DNA from: an uncultured Spirochaetales bacterium
GTDB lineage: Bacteria > Myxococcota_A > UBA9160 > SMWR01
NCBI GenBank assembly: GCA_964413375.1
Contig: CAYPSI010000120.1
Coordinates: forward strand, 4,607-68,606
Direction: 5' to 3'
DNA: 64,000 bases
Position 1 is the first letter of the stretch, and each line of letters begins with the position of its first letter. This document shows positions 18,108-25,769 of the stretch, piece after piece. Position numbers and translations under genes: made by a program. Under the pieces are notes generated by a model. The model searched no databases and had not been told where the DNA came from. It was given only the letters and a program-made list of their open reading frames with translations.

Positions 18108-19220
18108 CTACAGCGCGTAGAGGCGGGCCGCGTTGCCACCCACCATCTTGCGGCGCTCCTCGGGCGGAACGTCGCCGAAGTGCTTCTCGATGTACACGCG
18201 CGATTCGGGCCAGCTGCTGTTCACGTGGGGGTAGTCGCTCGACCACATGATGTTCTCGACGCCGATGATGTCGCGATTGCGCACGCCCACCACGTCGTCG
18301 ATGAAGGTGCCGAGCACCTGGCGATGGAAGTAGAAGCTCGGCGGCTCGCTCAGCTCGGACTTCGTGTGGTAGCGGTGACGCTGGAAGACGTGATCCATCC
18401 ACGGGATCAGGAAGGCCATCCAGCCGATGCCGCTCTCGACCGAGATCAGCTTGAGCTTCGGATGGCGCTGGAGGACTCCCGAGAAGATGAAGGTCGCGAT
18501 CGGCTCGCACATCACGGATTTGTTGACGGAGATCAGGGCCATCAGGTTCTTCTCGAGGTCGCGGCTCACCGGGCGCGTGCCCAGATGGAAATGGATCGGC
18601 AGGTTCAGGTGCTCGAGGGCAGCCCACAGCCGCTCGTAGTGCGGATCGAGATAGGACTTGTCGTCCGGCGGCGAGTCGACATAGGCCGGCACGGCCGGGA
18701 GCAGCACGCCGCGCAGGCCGAGCGCAGCACAGCGCTGCGCCTCCTCGAGCGCAGCGTCCAGATCCCAGATCGGAATTTCACCGATGCCGATCAGGCGCTG
18801 CGGACACGCGCGACAGAACTCGGCCAGCCACTCGTTGTAGGCGCGCATCATCACCCGCTGCATCGGACGCTCGAGGGTCCGGATCGCCACGCCACCGCCC
18901 GCCCCGCTGCCAAAGAGCACCTGAGCGTCGACACCGTCGAAGTCCATGTCTTCGATACGCGCAGCGGGATCCCAGCCGCCGCGCCGGCCCTCGGACTTGC
19001 TCTTCGCCAGCAGCTTCACGTCTTTCGACGCGACGCCCGCGGAGCCCTCGAGCAGGCTGATCGGGCGCTCGTTGCCCTCGAAGACGAGGAAGTCCCGGTC
19101 GCCGCGCGGCTCGATGCGCGGCATCCGGTCGCGCCATTGCGACGGAACGCGCTCGGCGTACATCGTCGGGGGCGGGTTCACGTGATCGTCGGCCGAGATG
19201 ATCCGCGAATCCGTGCTCAC
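18108..19220 (-). CDS. amidohydrolase family protein (PF04909), paralog 3
   Basis: IISADDHVNPPP and IMWSSDYPHVNSSWPES. Confidence 0.8.
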   Translation of the reverse strand: MSTDSRIISADDHVNPPPTMYAERVPSQWRDRMPRIEPRGDRDFLVFEGNERPISLLEGSAGVASKDVKLLAKSKSEGRRGGWDPAARIEDMDFDGVDAQVLFGSGAGGGVAIRTLERPMQRVMMRAYNEWLAEFCRACPQRLIGIGEIPIWDLDAALEEAQRCAALGLRGVLLPAVPAYVDSPPDDKSYLDPHYERLWAALEHLNLPIHFHLGTRPVSRDLEKNLMALISVNKSVMCEPIATFIFSGVLQRHPKLKLISVESGIGWMAFLIPWMDHVFQRHRYHTKSELSEPPSFYFHRQVLGTFIDDVVGVRNRDIIGVENIMWSSDYPHVNSSWPESRVYIEKHFGDVPPEERRKMVGGNAARLYAL

Positions 19221-19347
19221 CGCGCTGCCTCCTCACCCGGTGCCGGGCTCCGGGGACGCTGCCCCGCAGACAGGGTTCCCGCGCCGCCCGTCGGGCGCAA
19301 GAGGCCTGCCGCTCGTGCCGGCGGCGGGATTCCGGTTAGAATGCGGC

Positions 19348-19878
19348 ATGCGGATGTGGCTCACCGTCGCTTGCCTGGCAGTCCTCGCGGGCGCGGCCCC
19401 GGCCCGCGCCGTCGAGCTCGCGGTGGGCGCCCCGGCGCCGGAGTTCGCGCTTCCCGGGTCGGATGGCGAGCTGCACCGGCTCGCGGACTCCGTCGGGAAG
19501 CGCGGCGTGGTGCTCGCGTGGTTCCCGAAGGCCTTCACACCCGGCTGAAGCGAGGAGCTCCGGGCGCTGCGGGACAGCGCCGAGGCGATCGACCGCTATG
19601 ACGTGGCGGTCTTCATGCTGAGCCTCGACACGCCCGAGAAGAACCGCGAGTTCGCGAAATCCCTCGAGGCGAAGCACGTGCTGCTCTCCGACCCCACGGG
19701 CGAGGTGGCGAAGGCCTACGGGGTGACCGGCTTCGCGGGGCACTTCGCGAAGCGCTGGACCTTCTACATCGACGCCAGCGGAACGATCCGCGAGATCGAT
19801 CGCGAGGTCCTGCCCGCCAGCGCCGGCCAGGACATCGCGCGCAAGCTCGCAGAGCTGGGTTTCCCGAAGCGCCCCTGA
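19348..19878 (+). CDS. periplasmic AhpC/TSA (BCP/PrxQ-like) peroxiredoxin with in-frame TGA (probable selenocysteine) at 19546-19548
   Basis: Track ORFs 19198..19548 and 19603..19878 share one frame, interrupted only by TGA. Signal peptide MRMWLTVACLAVLAGAAPARA. GKRGVVLAWFPKAFTPG-[TGA]-SEELRAL aligns with the family motif FPxxFTPGC(T/S)xE. High-GC3 coding signal continues after the TGA (DTPEKNREFAKSLEAKHVLLSDPTGEVAKAYGV). Confidence 0.7.
19558..19584 (+). promoter_or_regulatory. SECIS-like hairpin downstream of the in-frame UGA
   Basis: Lower stem CUC(19558-60)/GAG(19582-84), 2-nt bulge, perfect 7-bp upper stem GGCGCUG(19563-69)/CAGCGCC(19575-81), loop CGGGA(19570-74). The apical loop lies 22-26 nt after the UGA and has G in loop positions 2-4. 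Confidence 0.5.
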
Positions 19879-19890
19879 GCGCTGGCGGTG

Positions 19891-21831
19891 TCACTCGAGC
19901 CGCAGGTCCTCGAGCCGGGGCTCCTTCGTCCAGCGCCAGTAGTCGAGGAGCCTCCACGGCGAGAGCACGGTCACGCGTCCCTCGCGATTGCGATACCAGC
20001 TGCTCTTGATCGAGGGGTGCGACCAGACCATGCGCGAGAGCGCGTCGGCGAGCTTCGCCTCGTAGGCGTCGTGGACCTCCGGCCGGCATTCGATCGCCTC
20101 GAAACCGCCTTCGAGCAACGCCTTCAGGCAGCCGAGGATGTAGCGGACCTGGCACTCCGAGTGGAAGACGAGGCTGCCACCGTGCGCGAGGTTGGTTCCC
20201 GGACCGTAGATGCAGAAGAGGTTCGGAAAGCCCGGGACCGTGATCCCGAGGTACGCGGAGGGTTCGTCGCCCCACTGCTCGGCGAGCTTCACGCCGCCCT
20301 TCCCGGTGATCTCCATCGGCCAGAGGAAGCGGTTGGCGTGGAAGCCCGTCGCATAGACGATGACGTCGACGGGGACTTCGGCGCCGCTCTCGCAGACGAT
20401 GCGGTCCTCGCGGATCTCTGCGATCGGGTCCGTCACGAGATCCACGTCGTCGCGCCGGAGAGCGGCAAGCCAGCTGCCGTTGTCCTGGAGCGTCCGCTTG
20501 CCGAGGCATACGTAGTCCGGAACGACCTTCGCGAAGAGCTCCTCGTCGCCGCCGACCTGGTCCTTCAAATACTGGGTGAAGGCCTGGCGAGTGGCATCGT
20601 TCAACGCGCTCGTCGAGCGCTCCGGGTGCGGCCACTCCGGGTCGATGCGCATGGCCTCGAGCCCGCCGTCGCAGCCCGGCCAGAAGAGCAGGAAGCGGTA
20701 CCAACGGCCGTAGTAGGGCAGATGCCGCAGGGCCCACTTCTTCCCGGGTCCGACCTTCGCGTGGTAGTTCGGGTTCGGGAACATCCACGGCGCCGAGCGC
20801 TGGAAGACGGTGAGCCGGCCCGTTCGTTCGGCGATCGCCGGCACGATCTGGAACGCGCTCGCGCCGGTGCCGATCACGGCGACGCGCTTGCCCGACAGAT
20901 CGCAGCCCTGCTGCCAGGCCGCGGAGTGCATCGAGGGCCCCTGGAAGCGGTCGATGCCGCGGATGTCCGGGAGCTTGGGGCGGTTCAGCTGACCCACTGC
21001 GCTGACGAGCGCGTTCGCCTGCAGGGTCTCGCTGCTGCCGTCGGCCTTCCGGATCCGCACGGACCAGCGCCGCGCGCTCTCGTCCCAGCTCGCCGCCACG
21101 ACCTCCGTCTCGAAGCGGATCCGGTCGCGGACGCCGTACTTCTCCATGCAGCGCTCGAAGTAGGCCTGGAGCTCGCTCTGCTGCGCGAAGAACTCCGTCC
21201 AGTCCGGGTTGGGCTCGAAGGAGTAGCAGTAGAAGTGGTTGCCGACGTCGACGCGACAGCCGGGGTAGCGGTTCTCGAACCAGGTGCCGCCGACCGCCGG
21301 GTTCTTCTCGATCACCGTGAAGGGGATCCCGGCCTCCTTCAAACGGATCGCCGCGAGGAGCCCCGCCATGCCGCAGCCGACGACGACGACGTGGAAGGCC
21401 CGTCTCGTCTCCTCCGGCACCGGACGGTCCCAGTGGAACTCGCGCTGGTCGCGCCCGTCGAGCTCCATCTCCTCGAGCATCATCGGCACGTATTCTTCGG
21501 GCACGTCGCCCGCGACCAGGAAGCACATCATCTCCCGGATCGTCTCGGGCGAAGGAGGCGGCGGGAGCCGGCAGCCGCCGTCGCGGAAGGCCTTGATCAC
21601 CTCGAGCGCTCGAGCGCGGACCACCGCCTTGTCCGCTTCGGACATGAACCCCTGCACTTCGTTCAGGAACACACCGCGCGGCCGGATCGGATCGCGCAGC
21701 AGACTCGCGTCTCCGCTCATGTGGACCATCGACATCAGCAGGGTCGGGATGCTCACGTCCTCGAGCGCAGCCGCGATGGTTGCGTCGTCGTCCGCAATCG
21801 GCAGTCCGGCCGGATCGACGCGATCGGTCAC
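19891..21831 (-). CDS. Baeyer-Villiger (flavin-containing) monooxygenase, HAPMO-like with N-terminal extension
   Basis: VVVGCGMAGLLAA (FAD GxGxxG), BVMO fingerprint FQGPSMHSAAW (FxGxxxHxxxW), second Rossmann motif VAVIGTGASA. The GTG at 21831 overlaps the GST stop as GTGA. The product is about 646 aa. Confidence 0.85.
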   Translation of the reverse strand: MTDRVDPAGLPIADDDATIAAALEDVSIPTLLMSMVHMSGDASLLRDPIRPRGVFLNEVQGFMSEADKAVVRARALEVIKAFRDGGCRLPPPPSPETIREMMCFLVAGDVPEEYVPMMLEEMELDGRDQREFHWDRPVPEETRRAFHVVVVGCGMAGLLAAIRLKEAGIPFTVIEKNPAVGGTWFENRYPGCRVDVGNHFYCYSFEPNPDWTEFFAQQSELQAYFERCMEKYGVRDRIRFETEVVAASWDESARRWSVRIRKADGSSETLQANALVSAVGQLNRPKLPDIRGIDRFQGPSMHSAAWQQGCDLSGKRVAVIGTGASAFQIVPAIAERTGRLTVFQRSAPWMFPNPNYHAKVGPGKKWALRHLPYYGRWYRFLLFWPGCDGGLEAMRIDPEWPHPERSTSALNDATRQAFTQYLKDQVGGDEELFAKVVPDYVCLGKRTLQDNGSWLAALRRDDVDLVTDPIAEIREDRIVCESGAEVPVDVIVYATGFHANRFLWPMEITGKGGVKLAEQWGDEPSAYLGITVPGFPNLFCIYGPGTNLAHGGSLVFHSECQVRYILGCLKALLEGGFEAIECRPEVHDAYEAKLADALSRMVWSHPSIKSSWYRNREGRVTVLSPWRLLDYWRWTKEPRLEDLRLE

Positions 21832-22442
21832 GCGTTCGCGCTCGGCCGTGCCTTGGTGGCCTCGAGCCAGGCCGCGAGATTCTTGAGGCTCGGATCGAGC
21901 GCCTGCCCCACCATGCCGCCGAAGTCGAGGAAGGCGTAGAGCACGACGTCGGCCAGCGTGAAGCGGCCCGGCACGAGGGTCGTGCGGCCGGCGAGCTGCC
22001 CATCGAGCCACTCGAGACCGTCCCGGGCAATCGCCTTCAGGCCCGCGGCCGCCTCCGGCAGCGTGCGAATGCGATCCTTGAAGATCGGGAGCCCCTCGGC
22101 AAAGCGGAAGCCGTCGGCCATCGGCTGCACGATCTTCCACTCGATGCGGCGCACCCACATGCGCGTCAGCGCGCGTTCCGTCGGCGTGCTCCCGATCAGC
22201 GCGGGCAAGGGCTTCTGCTCCTCGATGAGCTCGCAGATCGCAATCGTTTCCGAGATCACGCTGCCGTCGGAGAGCTCCACGCAGGGAAGCTGTCCGGCCG
22301 GATTCTTGGCGAGGTAGGGCGCCTTGCGATTCGCGCCGCCGGCGAGGTCGACCTTCTCGACCTCGGAGAAGGAGAAGCCCTTCTCCGCGGCGAACACGCG
22401 CACGAGCTTCGGGTTGGGACCGATCGAGTCGTATAGTTTCAC
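21828..22442 (-). CDS. glutathione S-transferase family protein
   Basis: VKLYDSIGPNPKLVRVFAAEKG...QLPCVELSDGSVISETIAICELIEE is a thioredoxin-like N-domain with a helical C-domain. The GTG at 22442 follows GGCAGGAGAAG. Confidence 0.8.
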   Translation of the reverse strand: MKLYDSIGPNPKLVRVFAAEKGFSFSEVEKVDLAGGANRKAPYLAKNPAGQLPCVELSDGSVISETIAICELIEEQKPLPALIGSTPTERALTRMWVRRIEWKIVQPMADGFRFAEGLPIFKDRIRTLPEAAAGLKAIARDGLEWLDGQLAGRTTLVPGRFTLADVVLYAFLDFGGMVGQALDPSLKNLAAWLEATKARPSANA

Positions 22443-22472
22443 GGGGCTTCTCCTGCCAGTGGGGATGACGGA

Positions 22473-22500
22473 GCCGGCCCGTCGGGCCGGCCGCTTTTTT
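22473..22500 (+). terminator. intrinsic-terminator-like hairpin plus T6, oriented on the plus strand
   Basis: GCCGGCCC-gtc-GGGCCGGC (8-bp GC stem), then CGC, then TTTTTT (22495-22500). Coordinates were derived from the track frames. It sits between the lipoprotein stop (22566) and the GST start (22442), both on the minus strand. Confidence 0.4.
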
Positions 22501-22565
22501 GGCCCGGGCACTCTAACAAGTCCCGGCCGCCTCTCCCATGCCGGGGCCGGAGCTGCGCGCGGGAC

Positions 22566-23042
22566 TCAGGGAGCGAACGTGCCGTCGTCGCGCATGCAGT
22601 GGACGCCGTCGGCGAAGCCGAAGCTGCCCTTGAAGGCACCTGGCGCGGAGACTCCCGCCCCTGCGGCCCCGGCGGCGAGCTGCGCGGCCTCCGTCACGAA
22701 ACGCGGGAATGCCGATGTGTCCTGGTTCGCGGTGAGCGCCGTCAGCTGGCCTGCTTCGAGCTCGAGCTTCCAGTCCTGCTTCGCGAGCACGGTGAGGGGC
22801 TTCAGGTCGTAGGCCCGCGCGAAATCGGGGAAGGTCGCGATCACGGTGGAGTTCGCGCTGCGATCGACGAGCAGACAGACCTTCGGCGGATAGACCCGGA
22901 TCCCTTCGGGCGCCCTCTCGAGATCCGCCTTGCGAGTGACGAGGGTGGCGCAGCCGGAGATCCCGACGGCAGTCAGGGCCATTCCGATTCCGATTCCCAT
23001 TCCCATTCCGATTCCGATTCGCAAGCGCAGCTGCCTTCGCAT
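22566..23042 (-). CDS. lipoprotein, function unknown
   Basis: C-terminal part of track ORF 22566..23870. MRRQLRLRIGIGMGMGIGIGMALTAVGISGC has the lipobox ISGC. The ATG at 23042 shares 1 nt with the protease stop (TGATG). Confidence 0.65.
   Translation of the reverse strand: MRRQLRLRIGIGMGMGIGIGMALTAVGISGCATLVTRKADLERAPEGIRVYPPKVCLLVDRSANSTVIATFPDFARAYDLKPLTVLAKQDWKLELEAGQLTALTANQDTSAFPRFVTEAAQLAAGAAGAGVSAPGAFKGSFGFADGVHCMRDDGTFAP
22983..23018 (-). repeat. in-frame hexanucleotide microsatellite (ATSGGA)x6 encoding IGIGMGMGIGIG in the signal peptide
   Basis: The plus strand reads tccgat tccgat tcccat tcccat tccgat tccgat. This corresponds to codons 9-20 of the lipoprotein. Confidence 0.85.
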
Positions 23043-24040
23043 CACCGCTTTCCTCCTGGTCCGCTCGGATCGAAGATCCGGAGCGGAAGTCCGTAGAGCT
23101 CCTCGAGGTGGGCGATCGCCCCTGCGAGCGGCTGGAAGAGACCCCACCCGGCCTGGCCCGGGGGATCGCCTCCCGCCACGGCGACCAGGATCCCGACGGC
23201 CTCGTCGCCGTCGAAGACGATCCCTCCCGAGTCCCCTGGCCGCGGCCGAGCTTCGAGCAGAAAGAGGTTGCGCACGCGATACACGACCCGATCGAGGCGG
23301 ATGCGGAGCGATCTCGCATCGGAGGCTACCCAGCCCGCAAAGCGACCGGAGCTCGCGCTCGCGCACTCGACGCGCTCTCCGGGAAGGATTGCGTCCGCGC
23401 TGCGAAGGCGCCGCAGCGGCATCCGCGAGCCCGCCACGCGCCGCTCGGGCTGCGGAACGCAGCGGGCCTCGACTCTCGCCAACGCGACGTCCCAGTCCAC
23501 CACTCCCTGTCGCGCGACGGAGTGGACCACCGTCGTCGCGAAGTGGCCACCCGGACAGCACTCGCTCTCGAGGCGCGGGTCGCCGGGCGTCGCCTGCGCG
23601 AGGCTTCCGGCGACGTGCGCACAGGTGAGGAGATGGAAGAGCCCATCCGAACGGTTGCGGAACAAGAGGGTCAGCGTGCCGATCTCGCCGGGAGCGTCGA
23701 GGCGGGTCCCCGCAGCGCACGCAAAGCGCGCATCGCGCACGACGACGACGTCGGTCGGGATCCGCTGGCGGCGGTCGGGTGAACCGTCGCGACGCCGGGC
23801 ATACACGAAGCGCGGCAGTCGGCTCGCGCCCGGACGGCGCAGCTTGCGGCTCACGCAGAACTGCACGCACAGGCCTTCGCCGCTGCGCCGGCCGGCCCGG
23901 TACTTCACCCCGATGCCGACGTCGAGCACATTGCGTCGATGCCTGTAGCTGCGCCGGCAGGCCGCCGCGGTGCGCCGCAGCACCCGGAGCTGCGCCGAAT
24001 CGGGTCGGGACGCGGACCTGCGCCGACGCCTCGTTTGCAC
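23042..24040 (-). CDS. trypsin-like (S1/chymotrypsin-fold) serine protease without recognisable signal peptide
   Basis: The catalytic triad is in order: LLTCAHVAG (His), VDWDVALARV (Asp), RPGDSGGIVF (Ser). The N-terminus is Arg-rich (MQTRRRRRSASRP...) with a roughly 100-aa pre-domain. It starts with GTG. Confidence 0.75.
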   Translation of the reverse strand: MQTRRRRRSASRPDSAQLRVLRRTAAACRRSYRHRRNVLDVGIGVKYRAGRRSGEGLCVQFCVSRKLRRPGASRLPRFVYARRRDGSPDRRQRIPTDVVVVRDARFACAAGTRLDAPGEIGTLTLLFRNRSDGLFHLLTCAHVAGSLAQATPGDPRLESECCPGGHFATTVVHSVARQGVVDWDVALARVEARCVPQPERRVAGSRMPLRRLRSADAILPGERVECASASSGRFAGWVASDARSLRIRLDRVVYRVRNLFLLEARPRPGDSGGIVFDGDEAVGILVAVAGGDPPGQAGWGLFQPLAGAIAHLEELYGLPLRIFDPSGPGGKR

Positions 24041-24157
24041 GTCATGCAGCTTGCCACGCGAGCGCGCGGCGAGGAAGCGAAAACACCGGGCGAGCGCGTG
24101 CCGAGCCTGTAGAATCGCGCGCCAGCATCGGGCCCGGGCCCACTGAGGAGGGAAGAC

Positions 24158-25129
24158 ATGTCACGACGCGCCCGCGCGCGGAGCCAGGCAAGATCTCGCA
24201 GGCCCTCGGGCAAGCGAGACGCAGCGCAAACCCCGCGCCGGCGCAGCTGCGGCTGCCTCCAGGCGCATTTCGCGCTGCTCGACCGCTTTCCCGAGGCCCG
24301 GGCGAACCAGGCGGCGATCGAGACCTTCGCGCGTGCGGCACGCGAGGGCCGGCAGGCGCTCCGTCGCGGCGTGGTCCGGATCCCCGTCGTCGTGCACATC
24401 GTGCTGCGCAAGCCGACGCAGGTGACCGACGCACAGGTACGCCGCCAGATCGAGCGGCTGAACCTCGACTTCCGCAAGCAGAACCCGGACGTGGCGAAGG
24501 TTCCGGCCGCGTTCCGTCCGCTCGTCGCCGACGCGAAGATCGCGTTCGAGCTCGCGCGCCAGACGCCGACCGGCCGCGCCACGAAGGGCATCCGCCGCAA
24601 GAGAACCTCGAAGGCGAGCTTCAGCCACGTCCTCGACGACGTGAAGGATCCGAAGACGGGCGGTCTCGCGCCCTGGGATCCCGAGCGCTACCTGAACCTT
24701 TGGGTCTGCTCGCTCGAAGGCGGAACACTCGGCTACGCGCAGTTCCCGGGCGGCCCGCCGGAGACCGACGGCGTGGTCATCCTCGACGCCGCGTTCGGTA
24801 GCGGCGGAAGCGCCGAGGCCCCCTTCGATCTCGGCCGCACGGCGACCCACGAGGTGGGCCACTACCTGAACCTCTCGCACATCTGGGGAGAGAACCGGAT
24901 TCCGACCTGTCAGGACGACGACTTCGTCGGCGACACACCGGCGCAATTCGACAAGAACTACGGAACGCCGTCGTTCCCGCACCTCTCGTGCCACAACGGC
25001 CCGCACGGCGATCTCTTCATGAACTACATGGACTACGTCGACGACGAGGCGATGTTCATGTTCACGAAGGGACAGGTCACACGGATGCGCGCGACTCTCT
25101 CCGGGGCGCGTCGACGCCTCGGCAGCTGA
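24158..25129 (+). CDS. M43 (pappalysin/ulilysin-like) metzincin zinc metalloprotease
   Basis: HEVGHYLNLSHIWGE is the extended HExxHxxxxxH site. The N-terminal RRSCGC...LLDRFPE region resembles the propeptide region of M43B proteins. ATG follows GAGGAGGGAAG. Confidence 0.8.
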   Translation: MSRRARARSQARSRRPSGKRDAAQTPRRRSCGCLQAHFALLDRFPEARANQAAIETFARAAREGRQALRRGVVRIPVVVHIVLRKPTQVTDAQVRRQIERLNLDFRKQNPDVAKVPAAFRPLVADAKIAFELARQTPTGRATKGIRRKRTSKASFSHVLDDVKDPKTGGLAPWDPERYLNLWVCSLEGGTLGYAQFPGGPPETDGVVILDAAFGSGGSAEAPFDLGRTATHEVGHYLNLSHIWGENRIPTCQDDDFVGDTPAQFDKNYGTPSFPHLSCHNGPHGDLFMNYMDYVDDEAMFMFTKGQVTRMRATLSGARRRLGS

Positions 25130-25136
25130 CGCAGTC

Positions 25137-25469
25137 GTGAGCGTCGAGACCGGAAGCCTCGAGGGGGAGTGGATCCACCGACACGAGGAGGACGCAGGCG
25201 CGCGCCAGGTCTTCGTCCGGCTCGGAGCCCCACTCCCGAGAAGCCGCGGGCGACGCCGGCTGACGCTGCGAGCCGGAGGAGCGCTGGAAGCGAGCGTCCC
25301 CGGTCGCAGCGATGCTCCCGAAGTGCTGCGCGGAAGCTGGCACCTCGAGCCCCCCGATCGACTGTGCTTCGTCTGGGCGACGCCCGAAGCCGGCAAGGAG
25401 AGCTTCCGGGTCGACGCGGTGGACGCCGACCGGCTCGTGTGGGTCCGGATCCCGACCGGATCCGGCTAG
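25137..25469 (+). CDS. hypothetical protein (110 aa) immediately downstream of the M43 protease
   Basis: Track ORF with a GTG start 5 nt after the M43 stop. GC3 is uniformly high. It has no recognised motif (GEWIHRHEEDAG...LCFVWATPEAGKESFRVDAVDADRLVWV). Confidence 0.55.
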   Translation: MSVETGSLEGEWIHRHEEDAGARQVFVRLGAPLPRSRGRRRLTLRAGGALEASVPGRSDAPEVLRGSWHLEPPDRLCFVWATPEAGKESFRVDAVDADRLVWVRIPTGSG

Positions 25470-25550
25470 ACCCGCCATTTCATCCCGTTCCCGTCGGGCG
25501 TATGATCGGCGGCCTCGGGGAGGGGGGCCATCGCCGTCGAGGGGTCGCCG

Positions 25551-25769
25551 ATGGGATTCGCACGGCTGGTGCTCCTGGTATGCACGGCGTCGCTCGCCGG
25601 CGCCTGGTGGGCCAGCGTCTACACCAGCACCCAGGGCGCCAGCTTCGGCGCGCTCTCCAGGCGTCGAGTCCCGGTGGTGCACGGCTCCCTGAGCGTGCGC
25701 GACGTGCAGATCCGGCGCATGTTCGCGGCGATGGGCTCGCCGCAGGTCCGGAGCCGGACCCACCCGTGA
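25551..25769 (+). CDS. small secreted/membrane protein (72 aa), function unknown
   Basis: MGFARLVLLVCTASLAGAWWASV is a hydrophobic N-terminus. GC3 is high. Its stop overlaps the GTG start of the next gene as GTGA. Confidence 0.5.
   Translation: MGFARLVLLVCTASLAGAWWASVYTSTQGASFGALSRRRVPVVHGSLSVRDVQIRRMFAAMGSPQVRSRTHP

Noticed and set aside
19613-22030. 805-aa minus ORF, and the 683-aa plus ORF 19888..21939
   Set aside because: These are alternative-frame and antisense shadows of the BVMO gene. Only the 19891..21831 frame carries the GxGxxG and FxGxxxHxxxW motifs.
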